From NCBI GenBank assembly GCA_045046875.1, contig JASFYY010000009.1:1-61835 (forward strand): a stretch of 61,835 nucleotides of DNA, read 5' to 3'. Below are positions 47,232 to 56,875 of this stretch, in pieces. The number at the start of each line of letters is the position of its first letter. The stretch's first letter is position 1. Under the pieces are notes generated by a model that was given only the letters and a program-made list of their open reading frames with translations, had not been told where the DNA came from and made no database searches. This stretch comes from Verrucomicrobiota bacterium (GTDB lineage Bacteria; Verrucomicrobiota; Verrucomicrobiia; Verrucomicrobiales; DEV007). Both the position numbers and the translations under genes were made by a program.

Positions 47232-47306
47232 TGGTGCGCGATGCAGGATTTGAACCTGCGACCCCCACCATGTCAAGGTGATGCTCTACCCCTGAGCTAA
47301 TCGCGC
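47232..47306 (-). tRNA. tRNA-Val (GAC)
   Basis: Cloverleaf GCGCGAT...TCACC-TTGACAT-GGTGG...GCAGG-TTCAAAT-CCTGC-ATCGCGC-A-CCA. Confidence 0.98.
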
Positions 47307-47472
47307 ATAAGTCTCCTATTGCGAAGACGGTGCAGACTAAATCGCACTTCGCACGATGCAAGCCTTTTGTCAGGAATTTATCGGGCTGGAACCGGCTTTT
47401 AAACCTGTGACGGATAGCGGCGGCTTTATGCCGCTGTGGATCTGACGCGTAGGCAGATGGTTGGATTACAGT

Positions 47473-47563
47473 GCAGCGTAGATTTCCATATCTGCGGCTT
47501 TGGGTTTTCCGCTTGTTGTGACTTTGGACACGGCCCGCCGGCAGATTTGAAAATCTACCCTAC
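47473..47563. repeat. GTAG-type REP pair in inverted orientation
   Basis: GCAGCGTAGATTTCCATATCTGCGG (+) versus GTAGGGTAGATTTTCAAATCTGCCG (-); another hairpin AGCGGC..GCCGCT near 47416. Confidence 0.6.
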
Positions 47564-47656
47564 GGGGGAGAGAATTAAGAAGGGACTTGTCAGAGCTGAC
47601 AGGGGGCATAAAATGAGGAGCTGGTTCTTTTGATCGGCTTTCTGTAGAAACACTTC

Positions 47657-48583
47657 ATGGACGAATCAGCGGATCATTATCATTCATCGAGCGGGGGCGG
47701 GCAACTCTACCGTCGGGTATTCACCCCGCGGGATCTAGCGGCGAAGGATTGGCGCGGCGGGGTTTTGCTAGTGCACGGTTTGGGGGATCATCTGGGCTGC
47801 CATGAAAAAGCAGCGCGGATGTTTTGTCGTCGGGGTTTGGTGGCAGCGGGAGTGGATTGGCCGGGGCATGGTCATTCGTTTGGTAAACGGGGTTTTTTTC
47901 AGCAGGTCGATTCTTTGCTGGAATTGATCAGTGAGTCACTGGAAGACTTGCGCGGCCGGATTCCACCAGGGGCTCCGGTGGGTTTGTATGCTCATTCGGC
48001 AGGGGCTTTTGTCTTGCTGCAATATCTTAAACAGCAGGCGGCCTTGGGTGAAGAGGGTATCAATTATCCGGCAAAGTTCCCTTTTGTTTGGCTGAGCTCG
48101 CCACTGTTGCGTCCAACTCATGGGCAGGGTTTGTTGAAAATAAGAATAGGGGAGTGGTTATCCAAAATCGCTCCTGGTTTGCGGCTTGATACCGGGGTGC
48201 GCTCGAATCGTTGTTTTCCGCCGGATCCAGAGACAGGGCTGTTCAAAGAGGATGCGCTGAAACATCATAAAATCAGTTTGGCGTTCGGGGCGGATTTGAT
48301 GAAACGCAGCAAGTTGGTGACAGCTTGCGCCGGGGCGTTCAGCGAACCAACCCGGTTGATGCTCACACAGGGAGACGCTGACCGGATCTGTCCAATGGAA
48401 TTCTCACGGGAGTTTTTTGAAGCGGTCGACTTGTCTCCGGCGGATAAAACCTATCGTGTGCTGCCCGGGGTGCTGCACGAACCATTGAACGATCCCATCG
48501 CCGATGAATTGCTCGCCGAGTTGAGCGAGTGGGTCGACCAGACCCTTATTGTTTGGGCTGGAGGGCGAACCAAGCGCGGTTGA
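47657..48583 (+). CDS. Alpha/beta hydrolase (lysophospholipase-like)
   Basis: VHGLGDH, D.PGHG.S.G.RG, AHSAG nucleophile elbow, QGDAD, HE. Confidence 0.88.
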   Translation: MDESADHYHSSSGGGQLYRRVFTPRDLAAKDWRGGVLLVHGLGDHLGCHEKAARMFCRRGLVAAGVDWPGHGHSFGKRGFFQQVDSLLELISESLEDLRGRIPPGAPVGLYAHSAGAFVLLQYLKQQAALGEEGINYPAKFPFVWLSSPLLRPTHGQGLLKIRIGEWLSKIAPGLRLDTGVRSNRCFPPDPETGLFKEDALKHHKISLAFGADLMKRSKLVTACAGAFSEPTRLMLTQGDADRICPMEFSREFFEAVDLSPADKTYRVLPGVLHEPLNDPIADELLAELSEWVDQTLIVWAGGRTKRG

Positions 48584-51500
48584 GGTAACTGCATGAGCAA
48601 CCGGTGGTGGCGTCGGGAACCAGCACCAGCCCGCCGGCGGGAATCGCATTGATCCAGCAGCCCAGTCGTAAACCTCCGTAGTTCTCGGTTCCTGCCTTGC
48701 GTTGCAGATCGTAGTAACCCAGGGTGGCCGAGCGATAGACCAGCAGATGAGTGCTGGCAGCGATTTGTCCACAACCGTAGGAGCGCCCGAGGCTGTGGTT
48801 TTGTTCTTCGCCAGTGAGTAGGCTCCAGGCTCCGTTGCCGCCGGGTTGGCTTACCCAACCGGTTTTCCCTCCTCTGAAGCTCTGTGATTGAAAGGCGCCG
48901 CCTTGTGCGTAAATGGTGTCGCCGTTGATCAAGGGGCGGGTGATGTAGCCGGCGGGGCGATCCCACAGGCGTTCGCCCTTGGATGCTTTGAATACAGTCA
49001 TATGGCCGCCTTTTTCGGAGGGCAGGCGGTCGGTGGTGGATTGGTAGGCCATCAGCAGGGCGTCGTGTTCCGCACTCAGAGCGAGCATGGTTCCGTAAAT
49101 ATTTTGGTCTTGCTGCCACAAGACCTCTCCTTTCTCAGTATCGAGGGCAACTAGGCGTCCTTGCGGATGAGGATTTTCTTTAGGTTTCTGCCGTCTGCGT
49201 TCCTTTTTGTCCATTTCAGCTAATGGGCGATCGATCAAAAACACACCCTGGGCCCCAATAGCGATGGCGTTGTTGCGGATGGAATCTTTGGCGTTGTAGG
49301 TCCATTTTGTTTTGCTGCTCTTCACATCGATGGCGAACAGAGAGCTTGATTCGGTGAGCATGGAATCGGTGTTCCAAGGGATTTCGCCGACCCACTGCCA
49401 GCGGGGGTTTTGCACCAGGTGCAGTTGGTTGGCGACGGATCCGTAGAGGATTCCTTTTTCGTAAGCCAGGTAAGCCCAGCGCGCGGATTTATTTTCTGAC
49501 TTATTTAGCTTGCTGGGAATTTGATATTCCTGCAGCAGTTTGCCACTGTGCAGATCGATGCGCAAACAACTGTGCTTGAGGCGTACAAAGACGCTGTCAT
49601 CGGATAGGCAGAAAACTCCACTGGTTCCGGAAACACCTAGATTGTGTTCTTCTTCGTTGTGATCCAGTAGGATGCCAGGTAGCGGGTATCCCCATAGAAC
49701 ACGACCGTTGTAGGCGTCCACGGCGCGCAGCGCATTCAGGCCGAGAACGACTAATTTGCCCTGATGAAAAAGAGGCGCGGGGGCGCGGGTATGGCGGTCG
49801 GCCATTTCGAAGTCCACGTCTTTATACCATAACATCTCCAGTGGACCTTTGAGCTTGTTGTCGCTTGAGCAAGAGGTGTTGGAGGCATTGGCGTATTGAT
49901 GGGTCCAACTGCCAGCCCCTTCCAAGGCGCCGCGTTGATTGACTTTCATGGTATCAAGTTTGCCGAGACAGGCGATGCCTCCAAAGGGGCGTTGCAGGCG
50001 TTGGCGTTCGGATTGGGTTTGTTTGTCCGGGTTCGAATCGAGGGAGCGCGCTGAAACCACTAGATCGGCAAAGGAATCTGGGTAGGGCGTTTTTGCCAGG
50101 TCAGATAGAATGACCGTCACCCGAGAGCCGTAAAATCCAGCGGCATCCAGTTTGCGCCGGGCTTCGGCTACTTTTTGGGGATCATCGTCGATGGCGTAGA
50201 TTTGTAGTTGGGTGCGTTTGGCGAGCTCATAAGCTAAAGCGCCGTCGCCGCAGGCGAAATCGAGGCAGTAGCCTTTGCTGATGCCGGTTTTATCAATGAT
50301 CTCTTGAGCAGCTTTGGCATAACGAGTATTGTCACCGTAAGGGCTGGGGTTGTGCTGGGGTTGCACCAGAGCTGGAGTAGGTGTTTTTTCACCACTGAAA
50401 CAATAAAGTGTGCCGCGGTCGGTGCCGACATACAGTCGTCGCCCGGCAACGGCCAGAGCAAGAGGCAGTCCGTCAACTTTGCCAGACCAGATGATTTTTT
50501 GATTGGTTCTATTGATCAACTGGATGCGACCAGGCTCGCCACAAATGATATTCTCACCGGCGATTATCAGAGAGACTGTATTTTTGATATCGGGTTTGGA
50601 CCAGATTTTTTCGATGCCTCGGACGTCAATATCCTTGCCTTTACGGTTTTTCTTTTTTTGATCAATCCAGCGGTAAGAGCTCAGGCCTTGTTCGGAGGCG
50701 TGGATCATGCCTCCTGGCCAACTGGCGGCTGGGCCTTTGCCCAGGGTGGCAGTGGATAAGCCGCTTTGGCTGTCGAAAAGCATGCCGCTGTTAAAAAACC
50801 GGGAGTTGGTGACCATTATTGACGAACCACCGTTCTTGCTGTTTTTCCTTAAATGGAAGTAGTTGAATTTGCCATCGGAAAGGCCGAAAGTCGCGGGCAC
50901 CGCGCGTCCGGTGGGGACCAATAGTTGCTGGTCGGAGGTGACTAGATAACCTTGGGCGGCGGCTCCGCTCTTGGCTCTGGCGCCGCCGTGGGGTTGATCC
51001 ATTTCCATACTGCCGGAGTCTTTGTTGACCCATTGGGTGTCACCCGTTTCAGCATCGATGGCGTATAAAAAAAGCCCGTCACTCGGCCAGATGCCGGAGG
51101 CGAAATAAACCGTGTTGCCCTCGACTACCGGGCCGCCACGAGCGGGCCATCGCGAGGCCATGCGCGCATTGCCGAGGATCAGGCGGTGCTGGGGACCTCC
51201 TCTTTTTTTCCATAGCAGTTTTCCATCCGCAGTAGACAAGGCATAGAGGTGACCGTCGTCGCTGACAACAAATACGCGGTCTTTCCATACGACAGGAGCA
51301 AAACGAATCGGGCCGTCGGTAAAGAAATCCCATAGAGGTGCTCCGCTTTTTGCGTCCAAAGCATAAACTTTGCCGTCCACAGAGCTACCAAAATACAATT
51401 GGCCGGCGGCGATCACCGGGTGGTGGGCTCGGTCAAAACTCAGGCGGATGGAACTTGGCCATGCGGGGCGCGGGGCGTGTTTGGCTTGGTAGCTCCACTG

Positions 51501-51635
51501 GAGAGTGAGTTTTTCGGGTAGCTTCTCGCGGGTGTAAGCACTGCGCTGTGCGTCGGCGCGATAAGTGGGCCAGTCGTCAGCGTGAGTGATTGCAGCGAGG
51601 GATAGGATTGACAGGCAAAATAGTATTCTGGTCAT
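48546..51635 (-). CDS. Secreted PQQ/BamB-like beta-propeller protein with internal methyltransferase-like domain
   Basis: Signal peptide MTRILF..., DWPTYR.D..RS, repeated YALDA..G..LW, central GYCLDFACGDG, C-terminal GC..(RLGCWIN)..GCSC; start trimmed. Confidence 0.85.
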   Translation of the reverse strand: MTRILFCLSILSLAAITHADDWPTYRADAQRSAYTREKLPEKLTLQWSYQAKHAPRPAWPSSIRLSFDRAHHPVIAAGQLYFGSSVDGKVYALDAKSGAPLWDFFTDGPIRFAPVVWKDRVFVVSDDGHLYALSTADGKLLWKKRGGPQHRLILGNARMASRWPARGGPVVEGNTVYFASGIWPSDGLFLYAIDAETGDTQWVNKDSGSMEMDQPHGGARAKSGAAAQGYLVTSDQQLLVPTGRAVPATFGLSDGKFNYFHLRKNSKNGGSSIMVTNSRFFNSGMLFDSQSGLSTATLGKGPAASWPGGMIHASEQGLSSYRWIDQKKKNRKGKDIDVRGIEKIWSKPDIKNTVSLIIAGENIICGEPGRIQLINRTNQKIIWSGKVDGLPLALAVAGRRLYVGTDRGTLYCFSGEKTPTPALVQPQHNPSPYGDNTRYAKAAQEIIDKTGISKGYCLDFACGDGALAYELAKRTQLQIYAIDDDPQKVAEARRKLDAAGFYGSRVTVILSDLAKTPYPDSFADLVVSARSLDSNPDKQTQSERQRLQRPFGGIACLGKLDTMKVNQRGALEGAGSWTHQYANASNTSCSSDNKLKGPLEMLWYKDVDFEMADRHTRAPAPLFHQGKLVVLGLNALRAVDAYNGRVLWGYPLPGILLDHNEEEHNLGVSGTSGVFCLSDDSVFVRLKHSCLRIDLHSGKLLQEYQIPSKLNKSENKSARWAYLAYEKGILYGSVANQLHLVQNPRWQWVGEIPWNTDSMLTESSSLFAIDVKSSKTKWTYNAKDSIRNNAIAIGAQGVFLIDRPLAEMDKKERRRQKPKENPHPQGRLVALDTEKGEVLWQQDQNIYGTMLALSAEHDALLMAYQSTTDRLPSEKGGHMTVFKASKGERLWDRPAGYITRPLINGDTIYAQGGAFQSQSFRGGKTGWVSQPGGNGAWSLLTGEEQNHSLGRSYGCGQIAASTHLLVYRSATLGYYDLQRKAGTENYGGLRLGCWINAIPAGGLVLVPDATTGCSCSYLNRAWFALQPKQ

Positions 51636-51697
51636 GATGGAGGGGATACGGTGAGCTGTCTTCCACTGGCTTTTTTCCAGTCGAGGGGTAACGCGGA

Positions 51698-52069
51698 TCA
51701 GCGAGGTTTCTGGAACAGCATGTAAAATCCGATGACGATCAGCACGCCGGCAAAAATGCGGGTGAGCGCTTGATTGCTGAAACTCTTCATCCAATCGGCG
51801 GCAAAAAAAGCGATCAGGCAGGCGCCGATGGCGGTGGGGATAAAAATTTTCCACTGCACCAAGGAGCCCGGCCCGGCGCTGATGCGGGCGATGGCAACAA
51901 TGGCGGTGGGTGCGATCACTGCTAGGGAAGTAGCGACGGCTTGTTTTTGCTCCATTCCCATCAGTAATACAAAAGCAGGCACCATGACGATGCCTCCGCC
52001 GACTCCGCAGAGAGAAGCGATAGTGCCGCCGAGGCAACCGATCAGGAGGGGGACGAGTAGAGCTTGCAT
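51698..52069 (-). CDS. Half-size TauE/SafE family membrane protein
   Basis: GVGGG..MVP, AVATSL, four TM helices in 123 aa. Confidence 0.85.
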   Translation of the reverse strand: MQALLVPLLIGCLGGTIASLCGVGGGIVMVPAFVLLMGMEQKQAVATSLAVIAPTAIVAIARISAGPGSLVQWKIFIPTAIGACLIAFFAADWMKSFSNQALTRIFAGVLIVIGFYMLFQKPR

Positions 52070-52094
52070 AAGGATGGGGGGGGTAAGGGGGGGA

Positions 52095-53213
52095 TCAAGC
52101 CGCTGAGCGGGAGCGGTCTTTTTCCATCAGGATACGGGTAACCAGTTGACTGAGAACAGTGGCCGGATCCAGCGGGGATGAAATCAAACGCAGGTTGGCC
52201 TTGAGGCATTCTTCGAGCGCATTTTTGAGCTCACTGACACTGAAGTTACGGCAAGCCTGAACTGAAAGAAAATGTGGGTAACAACTGATGTTGCCATCTT
52301 TTTTGCGTGGGAAGTGTAGCGTTTCCGAGGCAGGCAGGTTGTTGATGTCAGCTTCGAAGGATTTATAATTCCTGGTATTGAGGGAATGGCGCTCGAGCAG
52401 GTCGCGGATGTAGAGCAGTTGGCGGATGCGCGGCACGATGGCGGCGAGCAGCAGACCGATGGCGTTTTCTCCGCGTCGCAATTGGGTGTCGATCAGTTGC
52501 AGGGTGCGTGGCAGGTTGCGGGTGGTGAGCGCGTCGCCGATTTCCCAGATCACTCCGGCATGGGTGGAGGCCACTACTTTACGAACGGCATCGATGTTTG
52601 CCGGGCGGTCACCGACATAGATGGAAAGTTTTTCCATTTCGGAGTTCAATTGACGGGTATCCGCTCCGACATTGAGGACAAACTGCTCTGAAGCTCCCGG
52701 AGCAAAGCTGAGCCCCATTTGCTGGGCCCGGCGATTGACGTCGCCGCCGACTTGTCTTTCCCAGCCGTCACGGGCGATGTCCACTTTATCAAAAATAGTG
52801 ATTTTGGTGAGCTTGTTGAGTTTTTTGTAAAAGGAGCGGCGTTTGTCGATTTCACTCGCGGAGAGGATAAACTGGACATCGGAGGGAACGCCGCTTTCGA
52901 TCACCTCCATCAAGTTGTCGGTTGCTTCGAGGGTTCCTTGGGATTTGCCGGTCTGGCTGTCACCGAAAAAATTGGCACCTTGTAACCAGACCACTTTTTC
53001 ACCACCAAAAAACGGCAGGGTTTGCAGCGCTTCAACGGTGCTGCCGACAATTTGTATGGCGTGATCGGTGTTGTCTGCCTGACCGGAGACAATTTCCAAG
53101 CCGAAATCACCCGCATCGACGGGAGCCAGTTTTTTGGACAAGTTCAAAGCGGCTTCTTTGACCCGCCCTTCGTCGGTTCCCAGAATGGCGTGAATATTGT
53201 TGGCAGGTGGCAT
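52095..53213 (-). CDS. holA: DNA polymerase III delta subunit
   Basis: TLPFFG..KVV, IDKR, EMEKL..Y, IWEI.DA; size and layout of HolA. Confidence 0.85.
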   Translation of the reverse strand: MPPANNIHAILGTDEGRVKEAALNLSKKLAPVDAGDFGLEIVSGQADNTDHAIQIVGSTVEALQTLPFFGGEKVVWLQGANFFGDSQTGKSQGTLEATDNLMEVIESGVPSDVQFILSASEIDKRRSFYKKLNKLTKITIFDKVDIARDGWERQVGGDVNRRAQQMGLSFAPGASEQFVLNVGADTRQLNSEMEKLSIYVGDRPANIDAVRKVVASTHAGVIWEIGDALTTRNLPRTLQLIDTQLRRGENAIGLLLAAIVPRIRQLLYIRDLLERHSLNTRNYKSFEADINNLPASETLHFPRKKDGNISCYPHFLSVQACRNFSVSELKNALEECLKANLRLISSPLDPATVLSQLVTRILMEKDRSRSAA

Positions 53214-53285
53214 GATCGATGGCGGCTTGATTTAGACTTGCAGAAAGGCTGCCGGATTGCAAGGGATTGAAAGAGAATGCTCTGT

Positions 53286-53996
53286 TCAGCGTGCGAGGGC
53301 TTTGAAGAAGGACTCGTTGTCGGTGAAATTTTCGAATAAATGGTCAGGTTGAAAAGCCGCTAGTTCATCGTGGTCGAAAGTTCCGGTGGCCACCGCCATG
53401 GCATGGGCTCCGCAGGCGCGGGCACAGGCGATGTCCTTGGGGGTGTCGCCGATGATGACGGTATCGGCCGGAGAGAAGTCACAGTCGAAATGTTGGCTGG
53501 CACGTTCGATGGCAATCGGGCCGAGCTGATTGCGGTCGTGGTGATCGTCACCAAAAGCGCCGGTGTGGAAAAAATGGCGGATTTCAAATTGCTCTAATTT
53601 GGTCCAGGCTCCGCGTTGGATGTTGCCGGTCAGTAAGCCGAGTGAGAAATGCTCGTGGCTGTGAAGGCGTTGTAGTAATTCGATGATGCCTGGCAGCAAC
53701 CGGCCGCCATTGTTATTGGCATGACTGGCTAGATTACGCGACAAACTTTGGTGATAACAGTCATAAAAAGCTTGTTCGTTTTCCGGGGAATGAACGATCT
53801 CAAAGTGCTCAAATAGAAAACGAGCCAAACCCGCATCAGTGGCTCCTGCCAGATTCAGCGGGGGCATTTCATCCGCAGTCTGTTGCAGGTCGAAGGCTTG
53901 CTGAATGCCTTCATAAATAGCCGAGACGCCGGCACCGCCGGTGTGCAGCAGGGTGCCATCGATATCAAACAACAGCAGCTTGCGGCGGACAGTCAT
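53286..53996 (-). CDS. HAD family hydrolase
   Basis: LFDIDGTLL, LTGN, IIGDTPKD; start trimmed to MTVRR. Confidence 0.9.
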   Translation of the reverse strand: MTVRRKLLLFDIDGTLLHTGGAGVSAIYEGIQQAFDLQQTADEMPPLNLAGATDAGLARFLFEHFEIVHSPENEQAFYDCYHQSLSRNLASHANNNGGRLLPGIIELLQRLHSHEHFSLGLLTGNIQRGAWTKLEQFEIRHFFHTGAFGDDHHDRNQLGPIAIERASQHFDCDFSPADTVIIGDTPKDIACARACGAHAMAVATGTFDHDELAAFQPDHLFENFTDNESFFKALAR

Positions 53997-54062
53997 GCGA
54001 AGTTGTAAATCAGAAACCAGCATCTGCTATGAAGATGCTGGTTTTCTGTTCGGTCATGAGTT

Positions 54063-54776
54063 TTATTCTTTAGCGTCAGCTTTCTCAGATTCCACTTCTT
54101 CAGCTTCGATCTGACCGGCGTCGGATTCTTCTGCGGCGTCCAGCTGCTCTTCTGCTTCGGCTTCCGCAGCTTCGGCTGCTTCATGAGCATCGAGATCGAC
54201 GTCTTCGTCCTCGTGTTCTTCGCGACGCCATTTGCGCACCTGTTGCTCGGCGGGCAGTGGGGACATCATCATCAAAACGCTGCGGCCACTGAGTTTGGGC
54301 TCCAGGTCGCAGCTGGCCATCGACGAAAGATCTTCTTTCACTCGCAACATCAGTTCGACACCGAGTTGTTTGAAAGCATTTTCCCGTCCACGGAACTGCA
54401 GTTGAAGTCTCAATTTGTTGCCACCAGCAAGAAAGTCTTCGGCCCGACGCAATTTGATTTCGTAGTCGTGAGCTTCGATGCGAACCCGGAATTTGACCTC
54501 TTTCTCTTTGGTGCGAGATCGGGTGTTTTCCTTTTTCTGCTTTTTCTGCTCATACTTCCACTTGCCGTAATCGACGATCCGGCAAACAGGCGGGCGGACA
54601 TTTGGAGCGACCTCAACCAGGTCCAATCCCAGAGCCTTGGCTTTGCCCAAGGCGTCGCGGGTTTGCATCACAATGTTGACTTCCTTGTAAATCACACGGA
54701 TTTCAGGAACTCGGATATGGTGATTGATTCGTATCCTAGGGACACGGGTGAATCTACGTTTTTTCTTTTTGGCGAT
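54063..54776 (-). CDS. infC: Translation initiation factor IF-3 (AUC start, acidic C-terminal tail)
   Basis: LDLVEVAP..PPVCRI.DYGK, KEVKFR, FRGRE. The frame extends 27 codons upstream of the track's GTG to an ATC lying 9 nt after AGGAGG, and includes RIN..IRVPEIRV. Confidence 0.93.
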   Translation of the reverse strand: MAKKKKRRFTRVPRIRINHHIRVPEIRVIYKEVNIVMQTRDALGKAKALGLDLVEVAPNVRPPVCRIVDYGKWKYEQKKQKKENTRSRTKEKEVKFRVRIEAHDYEIKLRRAEDFLAGGNKLRLQLQFRGRENAFKQLGVELMLRVKEDLSSMASCDLEPKLSGRSVLMMMSPLPAEQQVRKWRREEHEDEDVDLDAHEAAEAAEAEAEEQLDAAEESDAGQIEAEEVESEKADAKE

Positions 54777-54994
54777 AGGTAGGGTCCTCCTGGTTGGTTT
54801 TGTTCGGTTGGTCTGTAGGCATCATTTGGATACCTGAAAGATAATATTGTTCATTTCTTGATGGAAAAGCAACCTTCTTTCTTAGCCGTTTTGACAACGG
54901 TCAAGGGGCTGGCGCTAGACGCAAGCGGTTCGCAGGTCAGTCCTTTCGGGAAAGGACGGCAGCTAGAATCTGTCCACTTCACGGCCATAAAAAA

Positions 54995-56875
54995 TCACAA
55001 GGCTCGCGTTTTGATCTCTTCCACGATACGATCGCGGAACGCGGATACATCCATTGCGCCTTCGTCGCCGCGGTCGCGGTGACGAATTGAAATTTGCTTA
55101 GACTCTTGTTCACGCTCTCCAATAACCAACATATAAGAAACTTTTGCGAGTTGGGCAAGGCGTATTTTTGCGCCAATTTTTTCATTGTGGTGATCCACCG
55201 ACGCGCGAACCCCTGCAGCTTTCAGTTCGTTTTCCACTTCGCTGGCGTAATCGAGGTATTTTTCCGAGATTGGCAGGATGCGGACTTGCTCCGGAGCCAG
55301 CCAAGTGGGGAACTTGCCGGCAAAGTGTTCGATCAAAACCCCGACAAAACGTTCCATCGAACCAAAGGGGGCGCGGTGGATCATCACAGGGCGGTGCGGT
55401 TGGTTGTCGGGGCCGACGTAGGATAGGTTGAAACGCTCAGGTAGGCTGTAGTCCACCTGCACCGTGCCGAGTTGCCACTCTCGTCCGATCACATCTTTCA
55501 CCACAAAATCCATTTTTGGGCCGTAAAATGCCGCTTCTCCGAGTTCTTCGGTGTAAGGCGAGCCGAGCTCTTTGGCCGCTTCGCGCAGCGCGTTTTCCGC
55601 TCGGTCCCAGTTGGCAGGATCTCCGGCGTATTTGTCGGAATCGGGATCGCGCAAGCCAATGCGCACGCGGTAGTCCTTCATGCCGAGGGTATCGAAAATA
55701 ATTCGCACCAGCTCCAGGCAGCCCGCAATTTCTTCCTGTACCTGATCATCGATACAGAAGAGGTGGGCGTCATCCTGAGTGAAACCTCTCACCCGGGTCA
55801 TGCCGTTGAGTTCGCCACTTTGTTCCCAGCGGTAAACGGTGCCGAACTCGGCCAGACGCACCGGCATGTCGCGGTAGGAATGGTGTTGGCTTTGGAAAAT
55901 CTTGATGTGATGAGGGCAGTTCATCGGTTTTAACAAAAAACCGTCGATGATGCCATCGTTGAGTTGGTTGGACAGCTCACCGCAGGCGCAACCTTCGTCC
56001 GCCAGTTTGTTCAGCGCATCGCGTTCGACGATGGGCGTGAACTGCGAGTCGGAATAATAAGGAAAGTGACCACTGGTGCGGTAAAGATCCAGCTTGCCGA
56101 TGTGGGGAGTGAAGACTTGCTGGTAGCCTTGGCGGTTCAATTGCTCACCGATGAAATTTTGCAACTCCTGACGCACGATCGCTCCATTGGGCAGCCACAA
56201 AACCAGTCCCTGACCGACTGCTTCGTCGATGTGAAACAACTGCAAATCTTTGCCGATGCGGCGGTGATCGCGTTTTTTGGCTTCTTCGAGCTTTTCGAGG
56301 TGTTCGTCCAGCAGGGTGCGGTTTTTGAAACAAGTTCCGTAAACGCGTTGCAATTGGGGATTGGCCGCGTCGCCTTTGTAAAAAGCCGAGGCGACAGACA
56401 TGATTTTGTGCGCCTTGCAATTGCCGGTGCGCCCGACATGCGGGCCAGCGCAGAGATCCCAGAAGTCGCCGTTTTTATAGACTGAAATTTCCTCGTCTTC
56501 CGGGATGTCGTTCAAGAGATCAATTTTGAAACGGCTGGGTTTTTCTCTTTCGGCGAGAGCGCCGAGACGTCCGCTTTCAGCCAAAGCCATGGCTTCTGCG
56601 CGGGAAAGCAGTTCTTTTTCGAAAGTCTGGTTGGCTTTCACCACCGCTTTCATTTCTTTTTCGATTTTGGGGAAGTCCTCCGGCGTGATGCGGTGCTTCA
56701 GATCGACGTCGTAATAAAAACCGTTTTCTACTGGAGGACCGTAGGCGAATTCCGCATCCGGCCAAAGTTTGGCAATGGCGGTCGCCATCACATGAGCGCA
56801 GGAGTGACGCAGGCGCTCGATGTCTGACATCTGCGCTCTTTCATCCAAAGTTTTACGTTCGCTGTTCTCTGCCAT
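54995..56875 (-). CDS. thrS: Threonine--tRNA ligase
   Basis: RHSCAH, DLCAGPH, RDHRR, KPMNCP, TRVRGFTQDDAH, AFYGPK, HRAPFGSMERF. Confidence 0.97.
   Translation of the reverse strand: MAENSERKTLDERAQMSDIERLRHSCAHVMATAIAKLWPDAEFAYGPPVENGFYYDVDLKHRITPEDFPKIEKEMKAVVKANQTFEKELLSRAEAMALAESGRLGALAEREKPSRFKIDLLNDIPEDEEISVYKNGDFWDLCAGPHVGRTGNCKAHKIMSVASAFYKGDAANPQLQRVYGTCFKNRTLLDEHLEKLEEAKKRDHRRIGKDLQLFHIDEAVGQGLVLWLPNGAIVRQELQNFIGEQLNRQGYQQVFTPHIGKLDLYRTSGHFPYYSDSQFTPIVERDALNKLADEGCACGELSNQLNDGIIDGFLLKPMNCPHHIKIFQSQHHSYRDMPVRLAEFGTVYRWEQSGELNGMTRVRGFTQDDAHLFCIDDQVQEEIAGCLELVRIIFDTLGMKDYRVRIGLRDPDSDKYAGDPANWDRAENALREAAKELGSPYTEELGEAAFYGPKMDFVVKDVIGREWQLGTVQVDYSLPERFNLSYVGPDNQPHRPVMIHRAPFGSMERFVGVLIEHFAGKFPTWLAPEQVRILPISEKYLDYASEVENELKAAGVRASVDHHNEKIGAKIRLAQLAKVSYMLVIGEREQESKQISIRHRDRGDEGAMDVSAFRDRIVEEIKTRAL

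Noticed and set aside
47232..47306. Prophage or genomic island integrated at tRNA-Val
   Set aside because: No integrase and no duplicated tRNA 3' end seen in the window.
47096..47361. ORFs and extensions overlapping tRNA-Val and its flanking palindromes
   Set aside because: Explained by the tRNA and repeats.
51636..52037. N-terminal extension of the 1163-aa ORF
   Set aside because: Overlaps the TauE gene in another frame and is Arg/His-rich nonsense; a good signal peptide starts at 51635.
54940..54957. Hairpin GTCCTTT-CGGG-AAAGGAC as thrS terminator or ribosomal-protein leader
   Set aside because: No U-tract and no recognisable leader consensus; function cannot be assigned.
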